From Alphaproteobacteria bacterium (GTDB lineage: Bacteria; Pseudomonadota; Alphaproteobacteria; UBA6615), in NCBI GenBank assembly GCA_965261975.1, contig CBDHEC010000057.1, positions 64,001 through 128,000 of the forward strand: a stretch of 64,000 bases of DNA. The letters are read 5' to 3'. The number at the start of each line of letters is the position of its first letter. Positions within the stretch are counted from its first letter, which is position 1. Under the pieces are notes generated by a model. That model made no database searches. It was not told the origin of the DNA and saw nothing but the letters and a program-made list of their open reading frames with translations. The position numbers and the translations under genes were made by a program. Below, piece by piece: positions 31,084-40,500 of this stretch.

Positions 31084-31644
31084 ATGACGAACCCGTCTCA
31101 GGAATTCCTCGTCGTCAGCGTGTTCGGCAATGTGGAAGCCTTCTCGACTGCACTGGAAGAACTCGTCGCGAGCGGGTTTCATGCCGCCGACATCAGCATC
31201 CTCGGCAATCATCAGTCACTTCTCGATCACTTCGGCACCATTCCCAACGTCGATGAACTCTCGGATCGAATGGACACCCCCCGAGATAATCTGGAAACCC
31301 ATCAAACTCTTGGCGACGTCGTCGACGTTCTGAGCAACACCATGGCGATCGTGGCGCAGATCGGATCAGCCGCCGCCGCATTTGCCGTCGGCGGCCCCAT
31401 CGGGGTCTCGACCGGCGCGGCCGCTGAAGCAGAAGAAAATCTCGGCGGATTTCTCGCACGGATCAGTGACGCGCAATGGCACCATCGCCTGGAGCAAAGT
31501 GTGAGTGATGGCGGGATCATATGCTGGGTACGTGCGCAGGACGACGATACGGCCAAATCGGCTGCAGCCATATTGGCGCAGGCCGGCGGCGATCATATTC
31601 ATCGGACCGATCCGCTTCCGCCGACCGTTTGGCCTATCGACTGA
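31084..31644 (+). CDS. Hypothetical protein (general-stress 17M-like N-terminus, Gly/Ala-rich hydrophobic hairpin)
   Basis: VVSVF..LVASGFHAADISIL...GGIICWVR...AAAILAQAGGDHIH. Confidence 0.7.
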   Translation: MTNPSQEFLVVSVFGNVEAFSTALEELVASGFHAADISILGNHQSLLDHFGTIPNVDELSDRMDTPRDNLETHQTLGDVVDVLSNTMAIVAQIGSAAAAFAVGGPIGVSTGAAAEAEENLGGFLARISDAQWHHRLEQSVSDGGIICWVRAQDDDTAKSAAAILAQAGGDHIHRTDPLPPTVWPID

Positions 31645-31746
31645 TCGTCTTAGAGCGGCGGAAAGCGGCGGCAAGACCCTTGCTTTGCGCACGGTCGCGC
31701 ATCAGGCTACGCGGCAAATCAGAACAGGCTCCAAGGGGGAAGAGAC

Positions 31747-32382
31747 ATGCTTCATGAACTACGCACCTATACCGCACGCGCCGGCGCCGTACCCGACATC
31801 CTCAAGGTCAACGAAGAGGTCGGCCGCAAGGCACGCGGCAACGACTACGGGGTTCTGGAGGGTTACTGGTTCACTGAAATCGGCCCCCTGAACCAGGTCA
31901 TGCATCTGTGGCGCTACGACAGTTTCGAGGAGCGCGCACGCCTGCGCGCCGAGCTTGGCAAAAACGAAGACTGGACTCAGAAATATGTCCCGACCCTGCG
32001 TCCGCTGCTCGTCAACCAGACAACGCGCTTCCTGAACCCGGCCAAGGATCTCGTCGCTCCGGAAACCGAAGGTAATTTCTACGAGTTCCGCAACTATCGC
32101 TTGAAACCCGGCAAGGCCGCGGGATGGATGAAACGCTTCATCGACGTCATGCCGGTGCGCGAGAAGTATTCAAAGAATGTCTGCGCCTGGATCACCGAAG
32201 GCCCGAACCCCAACGAGGTCTGCCACCTGTGGGCCTATGAGAGCCTCGAGCAGCGCATGGAGACCCGCAACGGCGTCGCGAAGGAGCCAGCATGGCAGGA
32301 ATTCGCCGCTGCGGGACGCGAGGAGCTTGAGGAAATGCACTCGACGATGATTTTCCCGGCGAACTTCTCACCCCTGAAATAA
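31747..32382 (+). CDS. Double-domain NIPSNAP family protein
   Basis: Two repeats of (H/Y)E.R.Y...N.V.HLW.Y.S.E.R. Confidence 0.88.
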   Translation: MLHELRTYTARAGAVPDILKVNEEVGRKARGNDYGVLEGYWFTEIGPLNQVMHLWRYDSFEERARLRAELGKNEDWTQKYVPTLRPLLVNQTTRFLNPAKDLVAPETEGNFYEFRNYRLKPGKAAGWMKRFIDVMPVREKYSKNVCAWITEGPNPNEVCHLWAYESLEQRMETRNGVAKEPAWQEFAAAGREELEEMHSTMIFPANFSPLK

Positions 32383-32402
32383 CGGCGCGCCGCGGACGGC
32401 GC

Positions 32403-32657
32403 TTAAGCCTCGGTCTCGGGCGGGAGAATCTCCTGAACGCACACCTGGTCCAACAGGTGCGTGCGTCCCAAATCTTCGAGATGCGCGCGCTTGTGCTCGT
32501 TTGTGAGATTGGCGCCGACACCCTGGGTCATGGCCATGACGAAGGATCGATCGCCCAGATCGAGCCAATAACTTCGACGCACGAGCTTGCCTTCGGCGTC
32601 GCGGGCGAAGGGGTCATCCGGGTTTGCTCCCAGATCGGGACTATAGAAATCAGTCAT
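32403..32657 (-). CDS. Small hypothetical protein (84 aa)
   Basis: MTDFYSPDLGANPDDPFARDAEGKLVRRSYWLD...; coding-like codon usage. Confidence 0.65.
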   Translation of the reverse strand: MTDFYSPDLGANPDDPFARDAEGKLVRRSYWLDLGDRSFVMAMTQGVGANLTNEHKRAHLEDLGRTHLLDQVCVQEILPPETEA

Positions 32658-32800
32658 TGTCGAAACTCGTCTGGTCACGGGCGGCCTGTGTGCCACAGCG
32701 CGCCCGTAACCGATAGAGTTACTTATTGGGCTGCGTCTTGATCGCGAGCTTCCCCATGGCACATGTTGCCTGCACGATGGGCAGTCGCCAGACTGCGGCG

Positions 32801-33517
32801 ATGGATCTGCGAACAGAACATGGCTCACGGCCAAACCCATGGCGGATCGTGCGATGCGGTTGCATCATCATGATGTTCGTCCTGATGCACACCGGCCCGG
32901 TGCTTGCCCAGGAAAACAGGACCGTGGACGGTGAGGAACTTGGTGTTTCCGACTGGCACGACATCGGTCCGGGCGACAGCGAATTTCGCGGCAGCCCGAT
33001 TGCGGACGCCTTCGCCATAAGCCGGAACAAACTTCCCGACCGGGTCGAGGAATCATGGCGTCATCCCGGCAACCAGCCTCGCGGGCCCCTCCTGACGATG
33101 TTCTATGAACGCCTGCAGGATAGTTTTTTCGCGTCCGAAATGTTCGAGGCCGACTTTCGCAGCGTGTTCGACCTGGCGTTTGCCGCCAAAGGGGTCGACC
33201 TCACCGACGCGCGTGTCGTTGCGCTCGATGATAAATCCAGGGCCGCATTCGTCTCCTACGGCGCGACGAGCTGCGTGTTCGTCATGCGCGTATTCGGACC
33301 CGTGTCGGAACAGGGACGGATATCCAACGGCGACCGCAACGCGCGATTGTTCGTGTGCCAACGCGGCGATGTCGACGAAACACTCCTCGGCGACCTCGCC
33401 ATATCGATGCTGTCGGCTCTCGAGCAGAACGGCCAGGGAATCGGCATTCCCGGCCGCGTCACGCCCCCATTGCCGAACCTCATCGAGCGGCTCTTCACCC
33501 GGGAGGAAGCAGTCTGA
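32801..33517 (+). CDS. Exported hypothetical protein
   Basis: Hydrophobic stretch ending VLA-QE (signal-peptide-like); start uncertain. Confidence 0.6.
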   Translation: MDLRTEHGSRPNPWRIVRCGCIIMMFVLMHTGPVLAQENRTVDGEELGVSDWHDIGPGDSEFRGSPIADAFAISRNKLPDRVEESWRHPGNQPRGPLLTMFYERLQDSFFASEMFEADFRSVFDLAFAAKGVDLTDARVVALDDKSRAAFVSYGATSCVFVMRVFGPVSEQGRISNGDRNARLFVCQRGDVDETLLGDLAISMLSALEQNGQGIGIPGRVTPPLPNLIERLFTREEAV

Positions 33518-33586
33518 TACGCAGGTGCCTTCGCAATTTCGCCCGGTTGCGCTAGTGTTTCGACAACAAGGGGATGGAGAAGCACA

Positions 33587-34174
33587 ATGAAAACAGTCGA
33601 CCTCAACAACCCGGACATGTCCAACCGCATCGCCCGGTTCAAGGATCTCAAGCCTTACAAGCAGTCGATCATGGAAGGTACCGGCATTCCCGCCGAAGCC
33701 GTCGAGGTCGTCTCGGCGAAATCAGTCTATCCGCTGATGTCGCCTGAAGGATGGGAAGGCCGCTCGAAGGTCGCACCGGTGAAGGGCATGGATGGCCTCA
33801 CGGTGACGATCGCCGAATGCCCACCGGGCAACAATCCCGGCCTGCACAGCCATTCGCACACCGTCGAGAACTTCTTCTGCCTGAACGGAAAGTTCCGCAT
33901 TTCCTGGGGCGAGAATGGTGAGCATTCGACCGAACTCGAACCGCTCGATTTCATTTCGGTACCCGCCGGTGTTTATCGCGACTTCAACAACATCTCCGAC
34001 GAGACCGCACGCCTGCTGGTCATGATCCAGAACGTCGAAGGCGATGTGAAAGACGAGGTCGTGTTCCATCCCAAGGTCGGCAAGGAAATCGCCGAAAAAT
34101 TCGGTGAGGACACGGTGGTCGCACTGGACAATGTCGGCTTCCGCTTCGCCGACCGGATCGCCGCCGCCGAGTAA
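33587..34174 (+). CDS. Cupin domain protein
   Basis: PGLHSHSHTVENFF, LEPLDFISVPAGVYRDF. Confidence 0.85.
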   Translation: MKTVDLNNPDMSNRIARFKDLKPYKQSIMEGTGIPAEAVEVVSAKSVYPLMSPEGWEGRSKVAPVKGMDGLTVTIAECPPGNNPGLHSHSHTVENFFCLNGKFRISWGENGEHSTELEPLDFISVPAGVYRDFNNISDETARLLVMIQNVEGDVKDEVVFHPKVGKEIAEKFGEDTVVALDNVGFRFADRIAAAE

Positions 34175-34194
34175 CCCCGGCGGCGAAGTGCCGG

Positions 34195-34917
34195 CTACTC
34201 GACGATCTCGGATTTCAGCATGAGCTCACCGAACCCGGGGACGGGATCGGTGATGCCCATCCGGCGCAGCGCGTACCAGTAGGTCGCCTGATTGACCGAT
34301 ATGACGGGCTTCTTGAACCGGTCCTCCAGTTCGGCGATGAGCGGCACGATACCGAGCGACCCGCCGACATGCAGCAGCGTGTCGATGTCGGGGCCATCGA
34401 CCTCCTCGAAGGCCTCGATCACCCGTTCCATGGGAACGTTCACGGCATTTTCGGGCTTGTCCACCAGAAGCGCGGTCGCCGCCGCGATATCAAAGCCGAG
34501 CGCGGTGTAGTAGTCGACCGCGCTCTTGGAATTTTCGACTGAAAGCGGCGACATCATCCCGACCCGCTTCGCCCCCATTGTGCGCAGCGCTGCGATGACC
34601 GCATCCGTCGCCAGCACGAAAGCCTTGCCGTCGGCCCGTTCGGCGAACTCGCCCGTGTACCATTCCTGCTTTTCGAGCGACCAGTCGCGCATCTCAAGCG
34701 AGTTGCCGCCGACGATCATGTCCGGCCAGCACTTCAAGGTCTGCGGCACCACGTCCAGCACCGCCTCGCCGACGGTATCCGGGCTCGTGATGTTGAACCG
34801 GTACATCTGATTGCTGACACCCTCCGGCCGCATCATCTCGTATTCGGGCTGCATGTTGGAATTCTGAACGGGAATGAGAACGGCAACGACGCCGCGGGGT
34901 CCGAAACGATCGGGCAT
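34195..34917 (-). CDS. Maleate isomerase / arylmalonate decarboxylase-like protein (Asp/Glu racemase superfamily), paralog A
   Basis: VLIPVQNSNMQPEY, ALRTMGAKRVGMMSP, KKPVISVNQATYW. Confidence 0.8.
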   Translation of the reverse strand: MPDRFGPRGVVAVLIPVQNSNMQPEYEMMRPEGVSNQMYRFNITSPDTVGEAVLDVVPQTLKCWPDMIVGGNSLEMRDWSLEKQEWYTGEFAERADGKAFVLATDAVIAALRTMGAKRVGMMSPLSVENSKSAVDYYTALGFDIAAATALLVDKPENAVNVPMERVIEAFEEVDGPDIDTLLHVGGSLGIVPLIAELEDRFKKPVISVNQATYWYALRRMGITDPVPGFGELMLKSEIVE

Positions 34918-34929
34918 GGCAATAACTCT

Positions 34930-35670
34930 CTATGAAGTTGAAATGGATTGGTCGGCGACGTCCCGGTGCATCATAAGCTGTCCGAAACCAGGCAGGGGGT
35001 CGCTCACCCCGATCTTGCGCAACGCATACCAGTATGTCGCAGCGTTGACCGAGACAAGCGGCTTGCCGAAACGGGCTTCGATCGCCTCGATGTGCGACAC
35101 GATACCGAGCGCCCCGCCGATATGCAGAAGCGTATCCACGTCACTTGTGTCGATACGCTCGAACGCGGCAATCGCGTCTTCGGCCGTCATATTGATGATG
35201 TCTTCGGATCTCTCGACCATCAGGGAGGTGTCGTAGGGCATGTCGAAGCCCTGCGCCTCGTAATATCTTTTGGCACCCTTCGAATGCTCCGGGGACATGG
35301 GCGAAAGCATACCGATCCGTCTGGCACCGACTGTCTTCAGCGCGGCGATCGTTGCATCGGTAGCGAGGACCACCGGCACGCCATTCGCCTGTGCTTCGAA
35401 CGCCGCCCGGTATTCGACCTGCTGCGCATCCGACCAGTCACGCATCTCGAGCGAATTGCCGCCGACAATCACATCCGGCCAGCATCGCAGCGTATCGGGA
35501 ACCACACGCAGGACCGCGTCCGGCACCTTGTCGTGATCCGAAATATCGAACCGGTACATCTGATGGCTGACGCCCGCAGGGCGCATCAGTTCGTATTCCG
35601 GTTGCATGTTTGCATTCTGCACCGAAATCACGACCGCCATGACACCGCGGGGTCCGAAACGATCAGGCAA
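34930..35670 (-). CDS. Maleate isomerase / arylmalonate decarboxylase-like protein, paralog B
   Basis: TTG start with RBS AGGAG; collinear with paralog A (CWPD..VGGNSLEMRDWS). Confidence 0.8.
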   Translation of the reverse strand: MPDRFGPRGVMAVVISVQNANMQPEYELMRPAGVSHQMYRFDISDHDKVPDAVLRVVPDTLRCWPDVIVGGNSLEMRDWSDAQQVEYRAAFEAQANGVPVVLATDATIAALKTVGARRIGMLSPMSPEHSKGAKRYYEAQGFDMPYDTSLMVERSEDIINMTAEDAIAAFERIDTSDVDTLLHIGGALGIVSHIEAIEARFGKPLVSVNAATYWYALRKIGVSDPLPGFGQLMMHRDVADQSISTS

Positions 35671-35776
35671 AACCGCACTCCTGTCCCTTGAATGGCAGGG
35701 AAATTAGCGGTTCGGGATTTTTTTTCAGAAGATCAGTTCCATTCACGACGCTTGTGACACAGGCATCGATGCCGGG

Positions 35777-36172
35777 TCAGACAGGACGACCCGAAGTATG
35801 CGACGACGTGATCTTGATCGACCACCCGTCGGGCCCGGGCACATAGAAAGAGCTATGTATGGAACCGGACGTGATTTTCGACGGCTTGAGTTTCTGCTTC
35901 TTGCAGTAATCGCGCATGGCCTTGATGTCATCGACCATCAGGTCAACGGGCGCGATATCTCCAGCCTTAATCTTCCGGCGCGACTTGTTGAGGATCAGAT
36001 GGGTACCGCCACGCAACTCCAGAACCGCAAATTTCGGGGCCTCGAAAACCGACCGCAGGCCGAGCACTTGCATGAACTCGCTTGCCTGCGGCACATCCTT
36101 TACGTGCAGCGAAACATGTCCCACTGCGACCGGCGGGCGTTGATCAGAAGTCTTCTTCGCTTTCTGGGGCAT
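35777..36172 (-). CDS. VOC/glyoxalase family protein
   Basis: VGHVSLHVKD, VLELRGGTHL, FYVPGPDGW. Confidence 0.8.
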   Translation of the reverse strand: MPQKAKKTSDQRPPVAVGHVSLHVKDVPQASEFMQVLGLRSVFEAPKFAVLELRGGTHLILNKSRRKIKAGDIAPVDLMVDDIKAMRDYCKKQKLKPSKITSGSIHSSFYVPGPDGWSIKITSSHTSGRPV

Positions 36173-36279
36173 TCGGCAGTCTCCAAATATGTGCTGCGTG
36201 TTGCCAACTCAACTATAACCAAATGGGCGATAATCAAGCTTTGCGGCTATGATTGTGACCAACGAAGGGAAGCGCAGCC

Positions 36280-37074
36280 ATGAGCTTTGACGACATATTG
36301 TACGAAACCCGCGACGGCGTCGCGACCATCACGATAAACCGTCCGGATAAGCTCAACGCATTCAGCGGTCACACGATCGAGGAAATGATTGACGCGCTGC
36401 AAGACGCCGGCTGGGACAAGTCGGTGGGCGTCGTGGTGATCACAGGTGCCGGCGATCGTGCCTTCTCGTCAGGCGGGGATCAGTCGCTCGAGAACAAGGC
36501 CACCGACGGCTATGGCAGCCGCCGGGGGACCACCGGCATTCCCATCGAGGAGTTCCAGGGCTTGATCCGCGACGTCCCGAAACCGGTAATCGCCAAGGTG
36601 CGCGGTTATGCCATTGGCGGCGGCAACGTCATCGCCACGGTGTGTGACCTGACGATCGCCGGCGAGAGCGCGATCTTCGGCCAGGTCGGCCCGAGCATGG
36701 GCTCGGTTGATCCTGGCTTTGGCACCGCCTATCTCGCGCGGGTCGTCGGCGAAAAGAAGGCGCGCGAAATCTGGTACATGTGCCGACAATACACCGCCCG
36801 CGAGGCGCTCGAGATGGGCCTGGCGAACGCCGTCGTTCCGGACAAGGACCTGGACGCCGAGGTGGACCGCTGGTGCGCCGACCTTATGGACCGGAGCCCA
36901 ACCGCACTGTCCATCGCCAAACGGTCGTTCAACGCCGACACCGACCATATCAAGGGGATCGGCGCGATGGGATTCGAGGCCCTGAAGTTGTATTACGCGT
37001 CCGAGGAATCCAAGGAAGGCGGCCGCGCATTCCAGGAACGCCGCAAGCCGGAATTCCGCAAGTACGTCAAGTAA
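36280..37074 (+). CDS. badI: 2-ketocyclohexanecarboxyl-CoA hydrolase (BadI)-like crotonase, MenB-related
   Basis: SGGDQ, AIGGGNV, FGQVGPSMGSVDPGFGTAYLAR, KKAREIWY, ALKLYY..EESKEG. Confidence 0.75.
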   Translation: MSFDDILYETRDGVATITINRPDKLNAFSGHTIEEMIDALQDAGWDKSVGVVVITGAGDRAFSSGGDQSLENKATDGYGSRRGTTGIPIEEFQGLIRDVPKPVIAKVRGYAIGGGNVIATVCDLTIAGESAIFGQVGPSMGSVDPGFGTAYLARVVGEKKAREIWYMCRQYTAREALEMGLANAVVPDKDLDAEVDRWCADLMDRSPTALSIAKRSFNADTDHIKGIGAMGFEALKLYYASEESKEGGRAFQERRKPEFRKYVK

Positions 37075-37092
37075 CACCAAGCGATCGGGAAC

Positions 37093-38058
37093 ATGGAACA
37101 GGATGCAAAGATATATGTTGCGGGACATCGCGGGCTCGTCGGCCAGGCGCTGATCCGGCAACTCGAAGCCGCGGGCCATGGCAACATCGTGACCCGGACC
37201 AGCGCCGAACTCGACCTGACCGAACAGGCGGCCGTGCGGGAATTCTTCGATGCGGAGAAACCGGACTATGTGCTCGATGCGGCGGCGATCGTTGGCGGCA
37301 TCTTGGCGAACGATCAGTATCCGGCGGACTTCATAGCCGGCAACTTGAAGATTCAAACGAACCTGATCGACACCGCCTATCGCGCCGGCGCCAGGAAGAT
37401 GCTGTTCCTCGGCTCAACCTGCATCATGCCCCGCGATGCCCCTCAGCCCATGAAGGAAGAATACATGCTGACGGGGCCGCTGGAGGAAACCAACCAGTGG
37501 TACGCCGTGGCCAAGATTGCCGGAATCAAGATGTGTCAGGCCTATCGTCGGCAATACGGCTTCGATGCGATCAGCGTGCAACCGACCAATCTCTTCGGGA
37601 TCGGCGACAATTTCGACTATGAGACGTCCCACATGGCGCCCGCCATGATCCGCCGGATGCATGAGGCGAAGCTGTCGAACGCGGAACAGGTCACGATCTG
37701 GGGCACGGGCACACCGAAACGCGAGATCATGTTCGCCGACGACATGGCCGATGCCTGTATCTATCTGATGAACAATTATTCCGACGAACCTTTCGTCAAT
37801 ATCGGCACGGGCGAGGACATATCCATCGCCGACTTCGCGACACTCGTCGCAGATGTGGTCGGCTATTCCGGGGCTTTCGAGTACGACACCTCACGCCCGG
37901 ATGGCACCCTGCGCAAACTGGTCGACGTGAGCCGTCTGACCGAACTCGGCTGGCAATCGAAGATCAGCCTGCGCGAAGGTGTTGAGCGCACCTATGCCTG
38001 GTACCTGGAAAACGCGGAGAATCTGCGAACACTCAGCGCCGACAAACTCGCCCGCTGA
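37093..38058 (+). CDS. fcl: GDP-L-fucose synthase
   Basis: IYVAGHRGLVG, VGGILAN, LGSTC, YAVAK, WGTGTPKRE, PDGTLRKL. Confidence 0.92.
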   Translation: MEQDAKIYVAGHRGLVGQALIRQLEAAGHGNIVTRTSAELDLTEQAAVREFFDAEKPDYVLDAAAIVGGILANDQYPADFIAGNLKIQTNLIDTAYRAGARKMLFLGSTCIMPRDAPQPMKEEYMLTGPLEETNQWYAVAKIAGIKMCQAYRRQYGFDAISVQPTNLFGIGDNFDYETSHMAPAMIRRMHEAKLSNAEQVTIWGTGTPKREIMFADDMADACIYLMNNYSDEPFVNIGTGEDISIADFATLVADVVGYSGAFEYDTSRPDGTLRKLVDVSRLTELGWQSKISLREGVERTYAWYLENAENLRTLSADKLAR

Positions 38059-38066
38059 AGGGTTTG

Positions 38067-38831
38067 TTACGACGCAACACCGCCGGCACCAGCCGGACAA
38101 TAAGCCGCCCCGAGAACCGGCCCCACCTTGCCGTCCTGCACCAGGATCGCACAGCTCTGGCCGTCTTCGAGCGCCAGGTCCGTCACGTCGATCGCGGTCA
38201 TTTTTCCGTCCCAACGGCCAATGCGGCGCACCTCGCGAAAGATATTGTGGTTCGTCAACGTCTTGCCGTGGTTCTCGCCACGCGCGACCTTCGTTGTGAC
38301 TTCCCGGATAAACGTGACCAGCCAGACATCCGCCTTTCCGTCAGGCACGTCCCCGACAGAGACCGCCAAGCCGCCGTTGGCGGCAGCGGCAACCTCGACC
38401 GACACCCGTGGTTGATCGTCCTTGCGCACACTGGAGATTCGTCTCTGGACTTCCCCACGGCGAGAACCAACCGCCTCCGTTCGTCCGTCGATCACCATCT
38501 GTGGCGTGTACACGCTGCGGGTGTTTCGAATCTCCGCGTTATACGAACGCTGGCGTTCGGTCATCTCCGGGGCCGAGAAAACATCTTTCCAGCGGCCATG
38601 CCGGCCATAGTTCAAGCGGTCCCAGTAATCGACGTGATATTCGAGCGCGAGGATATCCTCCTCTTCCGCGAGTTCGCCGAGATAGGCCTCGGCCGGCGGA
38701 CAGGAATAGCAACTTTGCGATGTGAACAATTCGATCACTGTGAGCTGGTCGTCGGCGGCGATTGCCGGACCTTGCGCATGGATTGCACCGGCCAATACCA
38801 GCCCCCCGACTGCGACTCGAAATGCTCTCAT
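38067..38831 (-). CDS. DUF1223 family secreted thioredoxin-like protein
   Basis: Signal peptide; VIELFTSQSCYSCPPA, HVDYWD, YTPQMVIDG, GENHG. Confidence 0.88.
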   Translation of the reverse strand: MRAFRVAVGGLVLAGAIHAQGPAIAADDQLTVIELFTSQSCYSCPPAEAYLGELAEEEDILALEYHVDYWDRLNYGRHGRWKDVFSAPEMTERQRSYNAEIRNTRSVYTPQMVIDGRTEAVGSRRGEVQRRISSVRKDDQPRVSVEVAAAANGGLAVSVGDVPDGKADVWLVTFIREVTTKVARGENHGKTLTNHNIFREVRRIGRWDGKMTAIDVTDLALEDGQSCAILVQDGKVGPVLGAAYCPAGAGGVAS

Positions 38832-38905
38832 AACGTCTCTCCTACCGTGTTGAGGGTGTCGAACACACATGCACGTTAACAGCCTCGACGCAGCTTTATT
38901 CCCCC

Positions 38906-38956
38906 ACTCACACAAGATTGAGTCAGTTTCGGCATTTTGGTTCACGTTCGCGTGAA
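38906..38956. promoter_or_regulatory. Two palindromic operator-like sites between DUF1223 and cytochrome c genes
   Basis: ACTCA-N8-TGAGT (38906-38923) and TTCACG-TTCG-CGTGAA (38941-38956). Confidence 0.45.
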
Positions 38957-39066
38957 AGCTCGCTGTTTCCGTTGGTAATCCAGTGGTTTACGTTGTTTCG
39001 TGGGTTGGTCGTGCCGGTCCCTAGCCGGGTGACGACATCACGTTTATGGGGAACTGGGAGATACAT

Positions 39067-39534
39067 ATGTTCACCGTTCGCAAACTTTCCAAACTCGGCC
39101 TGGTCGCGGGTGCTGCCTTGGCACTCGCGGTCGCATTTACGTCGTTCAGCAGCACCGACGTCTCGGCCGACAATCACGCCGACCGCAACGCCGCCATGAA
39201 ATCCCTGGGTGGCTCGATGAAGGCTCTCGGCGGCGCCGTCGCCGGCGGCAACGCATCGGCAGCTCAGGAAGCTGCTGCGAAGATCAGCGCAACCGCGGCT
39301 GAAATTCCCGCCCTCTTCAAGGACGGCAAGCCGGGCGCCAGTCGCGCCAAGGCCGAAATCTGGACAAATTTCGACGATTTCACCGCCAAGTCGAATGCCA
39401 TGAAGGCAGCGGCTGACAGCATCGCCGCCGACGCAGCAGCCGGTAAGCTGGGTTCTGACCCGAAAGCCGTTGTCGGCAAGATTGGCGCGACCTGTGGTGC
39501 ATGCCACAAGGCGTACCGGGGTCCGAAAGTCTAA
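39067..39534 (+). CDS. Class II cytochrome c (c'/c556 family)
   Basis: Signal peptide, RNAAMK, AKAEIWTNFDDF, C-terminal CGACH. Confidence 0.92.
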   Translation: MFTVRKLSKLGLVAGAALALAVAFTSFSSTDVSADNHADRNAAMKSLGGSMKALGGAVAGGNASAAQEAAAKISATAAEIPALFKDGKPGASRAKAEIWTNFDDFTAKSNAMKAAADSIAADAAAGKLGSDPKAVVGKIGATCGACHKAYRGPKV

Positions 39535-39555
39535 ACTGGCTCGTAAAACCGAATG

Positions 39556-39589
39556 AAAAATCGCTCGGCTCTGCCGGGCGATTTTTTTT
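39556..39589 (+). terminator. Rho-independent terminator
   Basis: AAAAATCGCTCGGC-TCT-GCCGGGCGATTTTTTTT. Confidence 0.85.
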
Positions 39590-39603
39590 GCTAGGATCAA
39601 CTT

Positions 39604-40467
39604 ATGAAAACGATGATCAAGACAATACCGGTTCTGATTTGCCTCCTGGGTTCGTCTCCCGCGCTCGCCGAGACCGGCGACGCCACGCGCGGCGAGTACA
39701 TGTTGAACCTCGCCGGTTGCATCGCCTGCCACACCGTACCCGAAGGCGGCGCCTTTCTGGCGGGCGGACGCGAACTGAAGACCGATTTCGGATCCTTTTT
39801 CACACCGAACATCACTCCCGATGCAGAGACGGGCATCGGCAACTGGAGCGACGAAGACTTCGTCCGCGCGTTGCGCGAGGGAAAATCCCCGGAAGGCGGT
39901 CACTACTATCCGACATTTCCCTACACCTCCTACGCGCGCATGACCGAACAGGACATCCTCGACCTCAAGGCCTATCTCGATACGGTGCCCGCGGTGCGCA
40001 ACGCCGTTCCCGACCATGACCTGCCCTTCCCATTCGGCATCCGCGCCAGCATGTTCGGCTGGAAGTTGCTGTTCTTCGACGACACGCCCTTCACGCCCGA
40101 CCCAACACAGAGCGACGCCTGGAATCGCGGTGCATATATCGTCAATGGGCCGGGTCATTGTGGTGAGTGCCACACGCCGCGAAACATCCTGGGGGTGGTG
40201 GATTCCGACCGGCCGCTGGCCGGCAACCCCAATGGCCCCGAGGGCGACGCGGTGCCCAATATCACGCCCGGCCCGGGCGGTATCGGCGATTGGAGCGAAG
40301 ACGATATCGTTTCCATGCTGGAAATTGGCCTTCTGCCGGACGGCGATTTTGCCGGCGGCGCCATGACAGATGTGATCGACGAAAGCACGAGCAAGCTGAC
40401 GGCCGATGACTTACAAGCCATCGCGACTTATCTGATATCCTTGCCGCCGATCGCCGACGCGCGATAG
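39604..40467 (+). CDS. Diheme cytochrome c (dehydrogenase cytochrome-subunit-like)
   Basis: CIACH and CGECH, PNITPD.ETGIG.W, YYPTFPYTSY. Confidence 0.88.
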   Translation: MKTMIKTIPVLICLLGSSPALAETGDATRGEYMLNLAGCIACHTVPEGGAFLAGGRELKTDFGSFFTPNITPDAETGIGNWSDEDFVRALREGKSPEGGHYYPTFPYTSYARMTEQDILDLKAYLDTVPAVRNAVPDHDLPFPFGIRASMFGWKLLFFDDTPFTPDPTQSDAWNRGAYIVNGPGHCGECHTPRNILGVVDSDRPLAGNPNGPEGDAVPNITPGPGGIGDWSEDDIVSMLEIGLLPDGDFAGGAMTDVIDESTSKLTADDLQAIATYLISLPPIADAR

Positions 40468-40500
40468 ATCCTGAAATCACTCAGACATTGGAGAGTAATT

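Noticed and set aside
36280-37074. menB (naphthoate synthase) call
   Set aside because: GGGNV and GSVDPGFG motifs fit BadI better than MenB (GGGHV, GSFDGG), and no other men genes are present.
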